From IMG/VR virus record IMGVR_UViG_3300023053_000001, positions 64,001-128,000 of that record: a DNA stretch of 64,000 nucleotides; one strand, written 5' to 3'. The DNA comes from a virus. Taxonomy: Duplodnaviria > Caudoviricetes. Under the pieces are notes generated by a model, which was not told the origin of the DNA, ran no database searches, and saw only the letters and a list, made by a program, of their open reading frames with translations. Below are positions 10,272-19,483 of this stretch, piece by piece. The stretch's first letter is position 1, and every line of letters begins with the position of its first letter. The translations under genes were made by a program, and so were the position numbers.

Positions 10272-10535
10272 ATGAAAAACAGCATTGCCGACGCCCACTA
10301 TAAAGCCCACGTCAAGGCCCGCTGGAAAATGGTTCTGGCCACGATGATGATGGCCCTCCACGCTAGCATCGTCGCGTGGTCAGTGTGCAACTTCGCCGGT
10401 TGGATTGACGTCGTAGTCATCATGCTCAACCTGATCGGTTTCCACTACTACTTCCATATGCGCCGCCGGCTGGAGCAGACCGCATTGGCGGCGCTGCATC
10501 GTTACAAGGCCTACCAGCACGAGGTGGCGATGTGA
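10272..10535 (+). CDS. putative membrane protein (2 TM)
   Basis: Two hydrophobic segments. Confidence 0.6.
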   Translation: MKNSIADAHYKAHVKARWKMVLATMMMALHASIVAWSVCNFAGWIDVVVIMLNLIGFHYYFHMRRRLEQTALAALHRYKAYQHEVAM

Positions 10536-10804
10536 CCGCGCGCGAAGAGCATGCCAAGTACCTGAACTGGTGCTTATTCAGTAACGTCATTCAGATCGAA
10601 TGGCGAGTGCTGTTGGTGATTGCCTCCATCGCCGCCCTCATCTACCACACGTTCTGGCGCGAGTGGGACATGTTCACCCCGCTGGCATGGTGGTCCCTGG
10701 CCTACGTTGCCTATCAGCTGTGGGCAGAGATCATTCACCACCACGATGCCTTGAAGTATTACGTCAAGCATTACACCTTCTACCTCGACTCCATACCGAC
10801 ATGA
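10532..10804 (+). CDS. putative membrane protein (2 TM)
   Basis: GAGG RBS, GTGA overlap, hydrophobic segments. Confidence 0.6.
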   Translation: MTAREEHAKYLNWCLFSNVIQIEWRVLLVIASIAALIYHTFWREWDMFTPLAWWSLAYVAYQLWAEIIHHHDALKYYVKHYTFYLDSIPT

Positions 10805-11211
10805 ACTTCGAAATCAATTACCCGGAAAGCCCGCTCTTTGTCATCGCCAAGGCGGTGGATGAGGGCCTGACCCGCTTGGCGGCGCGTGAGCGTTCCGGAC
10901 AGATGGGCGCTGAATACATCGTCAACCCCAAGGAAGTGCAGTTCGCCTGCCTGACTTGGTTCGGCTTCCAGGTTGCCACCCGCACCCAGATCGATGAAGT
11001 CTTCGAAGCGCTGGAAACGGCCTTCGCATTCGTACTCGATCCCAAGAAGATGGCTGACCTGCGCGAGTTCTTGGAAGTGCTCAACAAGAAGCTGCCTGGC
11101 GCCGACGTGCCGGCGGTCTCGGCACAGTTGGCCGACGCCTTCGCCGTCAGTGAGAACGCTGCGGTGCTGATCCTCGCCATCCGTTTCTCCATCCTGCGCA
11201 GGAAAGGTTGA
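10801..11211 (+). CDS. hypothetical protein (136 aa)
   Basis: ATGA overlap with the upstream gene; codon bias. Confidence 0.7.
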   Translation: MNFEINYPESPLFVIAKAVDEGLTRLAARERSGQMGAEYIVNPKEVQFACLTWFGFQVATRTQIDEVFEALETAFAFVLDPKKMADLREFLEVLNKKLPGADVPAVSAQLADAFAVSENAAVLILAIRFSILRRKG

Positions 11212-11212
11212 C

Positions 11213-11815
11213 ATGATCGGAAACCTGAAAGAACTGGTCACGATGTTCGCCAACTTCGACCAGATGGAACGTGCATTGGTCCGCGACCTGCAGGCCACGC
11301 AGCCCGATACCCAGGAACGCGCCAGTGCGCAGGTCTGGGTGGACCACATGCGCAACTCGCTGTTCACCCTCAACCGCGTTTTCGGCACCCCCACCAATAC
11401 CGCCGCCGACAACGAGCTGTTGATGCGCACCCTCCATGAGAAGGTGCAGCAGATCCTCAGTGCCATCGAGACCACGCACGGCATCCTGTGTAAGGCCAGT
11501 GCTGGTGGTCCGCTGGCCTTCAACCACGATCATCTCGAGCGTATCCTCTCGGCCGATGTGACTACGGCCCTGACGACCCAGCATGAAGGGTCGATCGATC
11601 GCAACCATTCGGTGCTGCTGGACAACCTGAACTACCTGCTGGCTTTCGTCTCGGACGTGGAGCACTTCAGCTGGTTGATCGGTCAGCGTGTCAATGTCGA
11701 GCGCACGCTGTTCTCCACCTGTCAGGAAATCCGTCGGCGGATGCAGTCGCCTTCAGTCATGCCGGCCACCACCCTTTCTCGCATCCTGCGCCGCATGTGC
11801 GCAGACTATCGTTAA
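11213..11815 (+). CDS. hypothetical helical protein (200 aa)
   Basis: GGAAAGG RBS; codon bias. Confidence 0.7.
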   Translation: MIGNLKELVTMFANFDQMERALVRDLQATQPDTQERASAQVWVDHMRNSLFTLNRVFGTPTNTAADNELLMRTLHEKVQQILSAIETTHGILCKASAGGPLAFNHDHLERILSADVTTALTTQHEGSIDRNHSVLLDNLNYLLAFVSDVEHFSWLIGQRVNVERTLFSTCQEIRRRMQSPSVMPATTLSRILRRMCADYR

Positions 11816-11827
11816 CGAGGTATCTCC

Positions 11828-12214
11828 GTGAGCAAAGAAGTCAAGTACATCGTCGGACTGGACCTGTCTGACATCAACAAGCGCAAGCTCGAAGCCATCG
11901 TCTTCGCCACGTCCATGACCCACAAGGATGCCGCCAAGATGTTCGGCTTCGGCGACAACGTCGTCGGCGCCGGCTTTGCCCGTCTGGGCCTGAGCGATGG
12001 CAAGATCGAAGTGTCCGTGTACGGTCGCTCCGAATCGCTGGGTATCGAACGCCATCCGCTGGATGGTAAGTACGTGCGTCGTGCGCTGGGTCTGCAGGAT
12101 GCGGACATGTCCAATGAAGAGCGCATCGCCGACTACCAGGCCGGCGTTGATGTGGTCAGCCCGCGTAAGCGCGCTGCCGCGCAGGGCCGTACCCTGTCGG
12201 GTCGTGCTGGCTGA
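11828..12214 (+). CDS. hypothetical phage protein (128 aa)
   Basis: GAGG RBS; H..AA / VGAGF / YGRSESL pattern. Confidence 0.75.
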   Translation: MSKEVKYIVGLDLSDINKRKLEAIVFATSMTHKDAAKMFGFGDNVVGAGFARLGLSDGKIEVSVYGRSESLGIERHPLDGKYVRRALGLQDADMSNEERIADYQAGVDVVSPRKRAAAQGRTLSGRAG

Positions 12215-12495
12215 TGTTAGCCCATGAAATCGAACGCGCCCGTCTGAACGAGCGCATCCGGTCGATCAGTGACGATGAGCTGCGCAGGAACCTGCGCGAC
12301 TACCGTCGTGACATCAATAAGCGCGAGAACATCCTCAAGCGTGGTGCTAAAGCAGTCATGGCTCCGCCCAAGGCTGACGGCAGTTACGTGAAAGGCAATC
12401 GCGCTTACCGTGCCCATGATGAACTGGAACTGTGTCACAAGTTCCTCGATGAGCGCGGCGTCCCGCGTTGCGACTGGCACGTCCAGTTGTCCTGA
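12214..12495 (+). CDS. hypothetical protein (93 aa)
   Basis: TGATG coupling to the upstream gene. Confidence 0.65.
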   Translation: MLAHEIERARLNERIRSISDDELRRNLRDYRRDINKRENILKRGAKAVMAPPKADGSYVKGNRAYRAHDELELCHKFLDERGVPRCDWHVQLS

Positions 12496-12500
12496 TCCCT

Positions 12501-12531
12501 AACCCCACTCCTTAACCGGGGTGGGGTTTTA
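12501..12531 (+). terminator. hairpin with T tract
   Basis: AACCCCACTCC-TTAACC-GGGGTGGGGTT. Confidence 0.7.
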
Positions 12532-12551
12532 TTCCCTCTGTGAGAACCCCG

Positions 12552-13256
12552 ATGAGCACCCGATCCAATTCCTACTATCACCTCGCCATTGCTCAGCAGT
12601 TCTATCTGGCCATGCGCGGCACGCCCGTGCCGGCCCAGCTGCCGCTGTACCAGCCCCACCAGAACCCCGACACCGGCCTGTACCGCTACGATGATAACGG
12701 CCTGCTGGCAGTTTACCTGGAGTCGTCCATTGCCGATACGCTGCTGGCCGTGTTCGAACGCACCGACGAAGCTGCGGTGAACTACTGCAGCGTGGCGTTG
12801 ATCATCAACGGCCAGATCATCGAAGACGTGCGTGATCCCAAGTACCGCACCGGTTCCAGCGAACGCCTGGCGGCGCTGGACAACGACATGATGCGGCGCT
12901 TTGCCGAACAGGCGCGCGATGAGATCACTGGTCCGTCGATGGATCAGGAGATCGTGTACCTGTGCGGGTACGTGCACCAGTATCCGGATCGTCCCTCCCA
13001 GATCTTCTTCTGGACGGGTAACCCGGAACATCCCTTCGTCATCGACAAGGAAGTGGAACTGGCTCTGCCGTTCCTGAACTTCAATGCCGCCACGATCATG
13101 GGCAACATCCTGGATTCGGCCCGTGAAGTGCTGGGCGTCACCGATCCGGACTGCGTGTTCACCGGCATGACGGTGCAGCTGAAAGAGCAGATCAGCAATC
13201 ACGCTGAGCCCACCCCGGAAGAGCTGATTGCCTCGGCGGATAAGCAGCTGCGCTGA
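12552..13256 (+). CDS. hypothetical protein (234 aa)
   Basis: Long ORF with strong codon bias. Confidence 0.75.
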   Translation: MSTRSNSYYHLAIAQQFYLAMRGTPVPAQLPLYQPHQNPDTGLYRYDDNGLLAVYLESSIADTLLAVFERTDEAAVNYCSVALIINGQIIEDVRDPKYRTGSSERLAALDNDMMRRFAEQARDEITGPSMDQEIVYLCGYVHQYPDRPSQIFFWTGNPEHPFVIDKEVELALPFLNFNAATIMGNILDSAREVLGVTDPDCVFTGMTVQLKEQISNHAEPTPEELIASADKQLR

Positions 13257-13454
13257 GGTAAAAAATAGTCGTGAAGGCTATGTGTATGGACGGGGTCTGT
13301 GAAAATAGACCCCGGTTTCATACCTAGATATTCTGCCACACTTCCGGAGATGCTTTACAACCTGGCAATACCCACACTCACCGTCACATTCCGCGCATGA
13401 GAAACCGCAGACTTCTGTACGACGTTGGGCACAGTTCTTCCAGAGATAACGATC

Positions 13455-14081
13455 GTGTTCAAGATTTCCACTCAGATTTTCCTGCTCTTTGTTGCGTTGA
13501 TGTTGTCGGCGTGTGCCAACCTGGCTGATCGCTCCTCCACCTACATCGCAACCGCTCCTGTCGGCGTACCGGAATTCCCGGTCATTGCAGTTCTGGACAT
13601 TCCGCCGATGGAAGTCAAGGAACTGCCGATCCCGATCGTCCCATTGAACGAGCGTGCGCGCATCGTCATGAGTGAGGCCGAGATCCAATGCATGGCTCGC
13701 AACATGTACCACGAAGCACGTGGTGAAGGCGATACCGGCATGATTGCCGTTGGGTACGTGGTACTCAACCGCATGGGTTCCAAACGGTTTGACACGCGCA
13801 CCGTGTGCGCTACGGTCAACAAATCTGGCATCGTCAAAAAGACCGGTAAGCGGTCGTGCCAGTTCAGCTGGGTCTGTGCAGGGCGTACTGTCGCCTCCGG
13901 AGCCAAATCACAAGCGTCGTATGAGCGTGCACTGACGCTCGCACGGCAGGTTATGCTGCGATCGGTAGAGAACCCGATTGATGACAGCGTCTACTTCCAC
14001 AACAAAACAGTGCGCCCCTCCTACGCCCGAGAAGCGTATCGTGGGATCATAGGAGCACATCGCTTCTACGCATCTATCTGA
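13455..14081 (+). CDS. SleB/Hydrolase_2 cell-wall hydrolase with predicted lipoprotein signal
   Basis: CMARNMYHEARGE, AVGYVVLNR, CQFSW and HRFY; hydrophobic leader ending in LSAC. The start codon is uncertain (13425 TTG or 13455 GTG). Confidence 0.85.
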   Translation: MFKISTQIFLLFVALMLSACANLADRSSTYIATAPVGVPEFPVIAVLDIPPMEVKELPIPIVPLNERARIVMSEAEIQCMARNMYHEARGEGDTGMIAVGYVVLNRMGSKRFDTRTVCATVNKSGIVKKTGKRSCQFSWVCAGRTVASGAKSQASYERALTLARQVMLRSVENPIDDSVYFHNKTVRPSYAREAYRGIIGAHRFYASI

Positions 14082-14155
14082 CAGGAGTCAGGTAAACCTT
14101 CACCCGAATGAACCTTCTTGGCGGAAGGGTACATTCAATAGTTTGCGAGGTAGCT

Positions 14156-14404
14156 ATGAATACCCCGAGGCTGTCCCGGCTGCGTGAGCGCTTGGACAGT
14201 TTGAGTGAAGTGGGCCGAGCACGTGTGCTGTCCACTATTGGTTTTACGATCGGTCTGCTGACGACCCTGTTCCTGTGGTTCTACTACGACCACACCCAGG
14301 CGCTGTTCTGGTCCTCCAACGAGGGCCTGACGTTCATGCAGAGCGTACTTGCCTCCGTGCTGCTGTTGATCGTGATGATCTTTTCATACCTGATCCCCAG
14401 CTAG
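14156..14404 (+). CDS. small 2-TM membrane protein (holin-like candidate)
   Basis: GAGG RBS, basic N-terminus, two hydrophobic helices. Confidence 0.6.
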   Translation: MNTPRLSRLRERLDSLSEVGRARVLSTIGFTIGLLTTLFLWFYYDHTQALFWSSNEGLTFMQSVLASVLLLIVMIFSYLIPS

Positions 14405-14415
14405 ATCCCATTCAC

Positions 14416-14440
14416 GCCCCTCCTTCGGGAGGGGCTTTTT
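14416..14440 (+). terminator. rho-independent terminator
   Basis: GCCCCTCC-TTCG-GGAGGGGC-TTTTT. Confidence 0.85.
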
Positions 14441-14453
14441 GACGCCTACCCAC

Positions 14454-14840
14454 ATGAACAAGAACGAACAGATCCAGGCTGCCATCCTCAATATCCGTAA
14501 AGAAGGCAGTCGTCGTGCAATGGCCTATAGCGAGGCCATGCGTCGTCATCGGGAAGAACAGAGCAAACGCCGTGGTGAACGCGACGGTCGATTCATGGCT
14601 GTCCTGCTGCGTAACATTCCCACGATGTTGTTGCTCTTCGTAATCGCTGCATGGTGTTTCAACGCTGCGTGGCTGTTGCTGGTGACGGTGGAGCCCAGCT
14701 TCGGGGCATGGTTCACAGGTGCCGTTCATGCGGCCGCTGGTATCCTCGCAGTGTGCGCAGCCATCTTGCGAGTGGCCTTCGAGTATCTGGACCTCAATCC
14801 GGAGATTCTCCCCCGTAAGTCCGAAGCTGCCAGTACCTGA
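14454..14840 (+). CDS. membrane protein (2 TM, basic N-terminal helix)
   Basis: Hydrophobic segments MLLLFVIAAWCFNAAWLLLV and AAAGILAVCAAIL. Confidence 0.6.
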   Translation: MNKNEQIQAAILNIRKEGSRRAMAYSEAMRRHREEQSKRRGERDGRFMAVLLRNIPTMLLLFVIAAWCFNAAWLLLVTVEPSFGAWFTGAVHAAAGILAVCAAILRVAFEYLDLNPEILPRKSEAAST

Positions 14841-14842
14841 TG

Positions 14843-14890
14843 ACATAAGCCCCTCCTCCCGCAATGGGAGGAGGGGCTCTATGCTTTTTC
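14843..14890. terminator. bidirectional hairpin between convergent genes
   Basis: ACATAAGCCCCTCCTCCC-GCAAT-GGGAGGAGGGGCTCTATGC. Confidence 0.8.
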
Positions 14891-14898
14891 TTTTGGCT

Positions 14899-15447
14899 TT
14901 ACGCCGGCAGTTCGTAGGTCAGGCCCGGCAGCACGTTGTTCACGATGACTGCGGCCAGATCGACGGTCGCCGACTTGATGGTCAGCAGCACGGTGCCGAT
15001 GTACTTCTCGGAGGTGGCCAGGATGGTCACCAGTTCTTCGCGCTCTTCGCCCGGTGCGCCGGTGAATTCTTCCAGATCGCGATCGGTGTAATCGCGACCG
15101 GCGGTCAGGTCGGTAGCGAACTTGACATTGAAGTCAGCAACCGCGTCAGAAAGCTTGAGCTTGCCCACCGAGTCGATCAGCAGGTCAGCCTTGGCGCCGA
15201 TGTCATCGCCGATGTGCAGGCGGGTGTAGCGCAGGGTCTGGCTACCGACGTAGGCAGTGCTACCTTCGGCGGCAGTCACGACGATTTCGGTGTTGGCCAG
15301 CGGGTTGGCCGGATCGGCGGCGCCGGAGTACACGGTGGGTGCTGCGTGGGTGTAGTCGGTCTGCTTCAGATTGGCAGCAGTATCCGGATTCACTGCCACG
15401 ACCATGTCATGCAGCAGCGTCTTGAAAGGAAGGGTCAGATTGCTCAT
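14899..15447 (-). CDS. virion structural protein of the dispersed paralog family (YTRL-type domain), C-terminal VLPGLTY motif
   Basis: GAGG RBS; NTEIVVTA / LRYTRLHI / KYIGTV pattern shared with 19484, 20625, 46442 and 46930. Confidence 0.7.
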   Translation of the reverse strand: MSNLTLPFKTLLHDMVVAVNPDTAANLKQTDYTHAAPTVYSGAADPANPLANTEIVVTAAEGSTAYVGSQTLRYTRLHIGDDIGAKADLLIDSVGKLKLSDAVADFNVKFATDLTAGRDYTDRDLEEFTGAPGEEREELVTILATSEKYIGTVLLTIKSATVDLAAVIVNNVLPGLTYELPA

Positions 15448-15530
15448 GGCACGTACCTCTTGGTGTGAACAGGGGGATTTTTGGGAAGTCCCATAGTATG
15501 TCGACTCAAAAAACACAAGAGGTAAAGACC

Positions 15531-16697
15531 ATGTCCGTCCGGACATTCTTCAATTTCGATGGGGTCGGTGCCGAAGTGCAGGGTCCGACCGGCGAGGCGG
15601 CATTCGCTCCCAAGGTAAATGTGGGCATTGCCAATACCCGTAATTCTGACATTCAGGTTCTGCTTTACGTCCCCACCGCGCCGCAGTACAACGCGATTGG
15701 TGTCACGGGCCTGGAGCGTCACAAGGTCGGTTCAGGCGCAGACCGTCGCAATGCGTTGGTCCTGCACCGCAGTTCGAATCTGGCCAGTATCACCAACGGA
15801 GCACGCATCGGTCTGGGCAAAGACATTGATGCGCGTACCAATCGTTCATGGCGACAGATCTACGGTTTCACCTACGTGGACTTCTCCGACCGTGAACCCA
15901 CGCTGGCATACGGCACGGTGTTTGCCATGCGCAACGCGTCCCGGTTGGCGCTGATCACCCGTCGTAACAACAACACGCTGCTGATCGGTAGTGAATCCTT
16001 CCCGTTTGAACGGGGTCGGGAGTATTACATCGAGGTGGAGCTGTTCTGCGACCTGCCCGAGCGTCCGGCCAGCGCCAATCCCATCTCCGCCCGTGTGCTG
16101 ATTGACGGTCAGGTGATCTACACCTGGAATCAGACGTTGGGTTCGATCGCCGCCAGTGGCGTCAACACTGCCGGTATCGAAATCGGGTTTGCCGATCAGT
16201 CCTCCAATCCCTTCCCGTTGCAAATTGGTGTCTCAGACATCTACGTGGCCGACGGTGAAGGTGAAGCGCCTTACAATGCACCGCTGGGCGCGCAGAAGGT
16301 TCAGGTCAAGCAGGTCGTGTTGGCAGATTCGCCGAACTGGAAAGTGGTAGGTGCCGATGATCCTCAAGAAGCGCTCAGTGATGACTCCGACGCTTCCTAC
16401 ATCGAAAGCCCCTTGAGTGACGCCGATGCCCTGCTGATGTTTGATCTGGATCTCAACCAAGGTTCGGTCGTCAACGGCATCCAGGTCTACGCGCGCGGCA
16501 GTCGCGGTAGCGGCGCCGTACGTTCCCTGTCCAGTGTCATCCACGTGGGTTCAGAAGAACTCAATCCCAAGACCGTAACTTTCCCTAGCGTTACCGCACC
16601 CCGTACGTTGAGTGGCATCCTGCCCTCGAAAACGGAACAGATGGCGCTGCTGGAAGGTACGGCCCTGAGCGACCTTCTCATCAAGATCGAAGCTTGA
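15531..16697 (+). CDS. putative virion protein, paralog 1 of a tandem triplet (concanavalin/LamG-like beta-rich)
   Basis: GAGG RBS before ATG 15531; motif blocks shared with the next two genes. Confidence 0.75.
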   Translation: MSVRTFFNFDGVGAEVQGPTGEAAFAPKVNVGIANTRNSDIQVLLYVPTAPQYNAIGVTGLERHKVGSGADRRNALVLHRSSNLASITNGARIGLGKDIDARTNRSWRQIYGFTYVDFSDREPTLAYGTVFAMRNASRLALITRRNNNTLLIGSESFPFERGREYYIEVELFCDLPERPASANPISARVLIDGQVIYTWNQTLGSIAASGVNTAGIEIGFADQSSNPFPLQIGVSDIYVADGEGEAPYNAPLGAQKVQVKQVVLADSPNWKVVGADDPQEALSDDSDASYIESPLSDADALLMFDLDLNQGSVVNGIQVYARGSRGSGAVRSLSSVIHVGSEELNPKTVTFPSVTAPRTLSGILPSKTEQMALLEGTALSDLLIKIEA

Positions 16698-16712
16698 CCA
16701 AAGGAACTTCAT

Positions 16713-17927
16713 ATGTCCATTCTTTTCTTCGCAGGCTTTGACTGCTTCGATACCGGCGTTAAGGGCGGTTCCGGTGTCGATAAAAACGACCCGATTGATG
16801 TGGGTATCAAAGACACCCCGTTGGCGGATTGGCTGACCGTCAACTACGGCAGCTCCTATCCGACCAACGCCATGATCAACACCTCTGGTGTCACGGGTGA
16901 GGAAGGGTACAAGGTCGGTTCGGGCAAGGAACGTCGTAATACGTTCATCCTGCAGGCCGGGCGTATCAACAACAGCGTGGCTTCGGCTCGCCTGAACCTC
17001 AAGAATCTGCCCAGCGCAGGTGTGGTCGGTAAGGAGTGGATCTATCGCGTCGGGTTCAACCTGACCGATTTCACCACGGTGGCTGATACGGCCTCTTCCG
17101 GCGCCGGTATCGTGTACATGATGGCCAACGGATCGGGCGTCAATAACATCATCATCCGCGCTAAGGATGCCCAGGGCGTTTACTACTCGTTCAACGGTAC
17201 GATCTTTGCCCGCCCGGTTCGCGGGGAGCCCATGCATATCGAATTGGAGTTCGGTATGTTTGCCCCGACCATGGCCAGCACGTTCAACGTCTCTGTGCGC
17301 CTGTACGTGAACGGCGACTACATCGGCTTCTTCCAGCCGTGGAGCAGCTCGCAGAGTACCGTTACTCAATACTCCGTGATCTGGAATACGCTGGCCCAAG
17401 CATCCGCCACCAGTCAGATGACGCTCGGTCTGTCCGACATCGTGGTCTCTGACAACCTCGGCCCCGGCGGCGTGGACCCCGGTCCGCTCGGCCCGCAGCT
17501 GGTACTGCCGGTGGAAATCAGCGAAGTGTCTGCTCCGAACTGGACCGCCACGGGCGGCACAGCGGTTGAAGTGTTGAAGGACAGTAGCGACGCTACGTTC
17601 ATCACTTCGCCGCTGGCATCGGGTAAAATGGATGTTGCCCTGAACATGGGTCTGCCGGTGGGTGCGGATCTGAACGGCCTGAAGCTCTTCGCTCGTACTC
17701 GCCGCGACATCGGTGCAGCATCGGTACTGTACTACGATGCCATCGTCAAGCGTAAGAGTGATGATGGCATCTTGGCCACCACCTCCAACATCCCGCTCAC
17801 TTCCAACGCGTTGAATCGGACGCTGTTGGACATCGGTAAGGATCGTGCCGATTACGCCGGTCAGCTGGCGTTTGCAGACACTGGTCTGTTCAACCTCAAC
17901 CTCAACATCAAGAAGAACGGAGCCTGA
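16713..17927 (+). CDS. putative virion protein, paralog 2 of the triplet
   Basis: F.GFD N-terminus, KVGSG.ERRN, DIVVSD..GPLGP, SD..FITSP. Confidence 0.75.
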   Translation: MSILFFAGFDCFDTGVKGGSGVDKNDPIDVGIKDTPLADWLTVNYGSSYPTNAMINTSGVTGEEGYKVGSGKERRNTFILQAGRINNSVASARLNLKNLPSAGVVGKEWIYRVGFNLTDFTTVADTASSGAGIVYMMANGSGVNNIIIRAKDAQGVYYSFNGTIFARPVRGEPMHIELEFGMFAPTMASTFNVSVRLYVNGDYIGFFQPWSSSQSTVTQYSVIWNTLAQASATSQMTLGLSDIVVSDNLGPGGVDPGPLGPQLVLPVEISEVSAPNWTATGGTAVEVLKDSSDATFITSPLASGKMDVALNMGLPVGADLNGLKLFARTRRDIGAASVLYYDAIVKRKSDDGILATTSNIPLTSNALNRTLLDIGKDRADYAGQLAFADTGLFNLNLNIKKNGA

Positions 17928-17929
17928 TC

Positions 17930-19084
17930 ATGGCACTTCTCAATATGTTCGGCTTCGACATGTTCGCAGCGAAGGCCGAAAATGGCCAGCCGGTTCTGCG
18001 CGCTGGCATCGATGGTACGCCCTACCAGACGTTGCTGCGCGCCATCCGTTCGGCCGATGCGCGTCTGTTTGCAGGCGTCTCCGGATTGCCCGAACACAAG
18101 CTCGGCTTCGGCGCCACCGAGCGTAACGGTTTGCTGTTCCGCCGCCTCGGCACGGGCAGCACTGGCAATCTGAACAACAGCATGGCCACCCCGTCTCGTC
18201 TGGCCGTCGGTACGGCCGGCACCGCGTGGCATTCCATCGTCGCGTTCACGTTGAAGATTTTGCCCGATACGGATCTGAAGGGCAATTCGATCAACGTACT
18301 GGGTTTGGCTGACAGTGGCGGTTCGCTGCTGTACCCCATGCTGGCTATCCGTCCTCACACGGTGGCCGGACAGTACGCTTTCACGGCAGTGAACGTTACC
18401 GTTCCTGCAACGACGATGGTGCTGCAGGCCGGTCGGGAATACCACATCGAAGCCAAGATTTATCACACCGCCGCTCACGCTGCCAACATGTACGGCTTTG
18501 AGCTGCGCATCGATGGCGAAGTGGTTGCGGATGTGGCCAGCTACGCCCAGAACGCCAATCTGGCAGCATCGGGCTTCAGCTGGAACATCGGTTCGTGGTT
18601 GCTCAATGCCCTGCTCGGTTACAGCTTGCTGTACGGCGATCTGGTCCTGGCTGACAGCACCGGTACGTCGTTCAATACCACCATCGGTCCGACGATGATT
18701 CTGCCCAACCGCGTCACTGCAGTCAACGCAGGCGACTGGCAGAAGGAAGGTGGCGCTCTGCCAGTGCCGTCGATGAACGACAACGACGACACCAGCTTCT
18801 TCACCTCACCGCTGGACGATTCGGCCTTCACCGCGCGACTGGAAGGTCAGCCCATTCCGTACAAGTCGCTGTCCACCGAAGTCTACGTACGCGCCTCGCG
18901 TGATCGTGACGCCGGCCGCGCTCTGCGCGTGGGATTGCGCGGCACTGGCGATGCTCAGCTGATCGCCGATCAGGATGTGGCCGCACAGACGACGCTGGCT
19001 GACATTCGTCTGCCGCGACTGGAAGGCGTTGCCGAAGCCGACATGCGCTCCAACACGGTTCGCATCAAAGCCGTCACCCCGTAA
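17930..19084 (+). CDS. putative virion protein, paralog 3 of the triplet
   Basis: MFGFD, GREYHIE, DLVLAD..IGP, DDTSFFTSP. Confidence 0.75.
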   Translation: MALLNMFGFDMFAAKAENGQPVLRAGIDGTPYQTLLRAIRSADARLFAGVSGLPEHKLGFGATERNGLLFRRLGTGSTGNLNNSMATPSRLAVGTAGTAWHSIVAFTLKILPDTDLKGNSINVLGLADSGGSLLYPMLAIRPHTVAGQYAFTAVNVTVPATTMVLQAGREYHIEAKIYHTAAHAANMYGFELRIDGEVVADVASYAQNANLAASGFSWNIGSWLLNALLGYSLLYGDLVLADSTGTSFNTTIGPTMILPNRVTAVNAGDWQKEGGALPVPSMNDNDDTSFFTSPLDDSAFTARLEGQPIPYKSLSTEVYVRASRDRDAGRALRVGLRGTGDAQLIADQDVAAQTTLADIRLPRLEGVAEADMRSNTVRIKAVTP

Positions 19085-19096
19085 TAGGAGACGACC

Positions 19097-19474
19097 ATGA
19101 GCGAATACAAAGTCCCAGAGGTACGAGCCCAAACGTTGATGCGTTTGGACCAGACCTACTCTGTGCGGGAAGTGCGCTCTCAAACGCTGGTGGCACCTGT
19201 TGCCAGCGGGCAGCTTAACCGCCTCATGGGCATGGGTCTGTGCAGCGTGGCCACACCGGCGCGCATGACTGGTCTCAAGGGAATGTATCTGCGGTCGGCA
19301 CGTCTGAAGGACATGTCCAAACCGCTGTTCGTCTCCGAGGCACGGTCACAGTCACTGGTGCAGATTACCACGGATGTGAAGTTGGCCAAGGTCGAAGCAG
19401 TTGTCATGCAGTCGCAAGTCGACAAGGTGATCTCTGACGAAGCCGACGGCACGCTTCAGTCCCACATCTACTAA
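19097..19474 (+). CDS. small repeat protein, probably structural
   Basis: GGAG RBS; three V.E[VA]R[AS]Q[TS]L repeats. Confidence 0.7.
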   Translation: MSEYKVPEVRAQTLMRLDQTYSVREVRSQTLVAPVASGQLNRLMGMGLCSVATPARMTGLKGMYLRSARLKDMSKPLFVSEARSQSLVQITTDVKLAKVEAVVMQSQVDKVISDEADGTLQSHIY

Positions 19475-19483
19475 GGTGTTCCA

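Noticed and set aside
16695-16715. Possible UGA readthrough fusing paralogs 1 and 2 (the 15-nt spacer is in frame)
   Set aside because: One-in-three chance; the spacer is simply the RBS (AAGGAA), and the other junctions in the cluster are out of frame.
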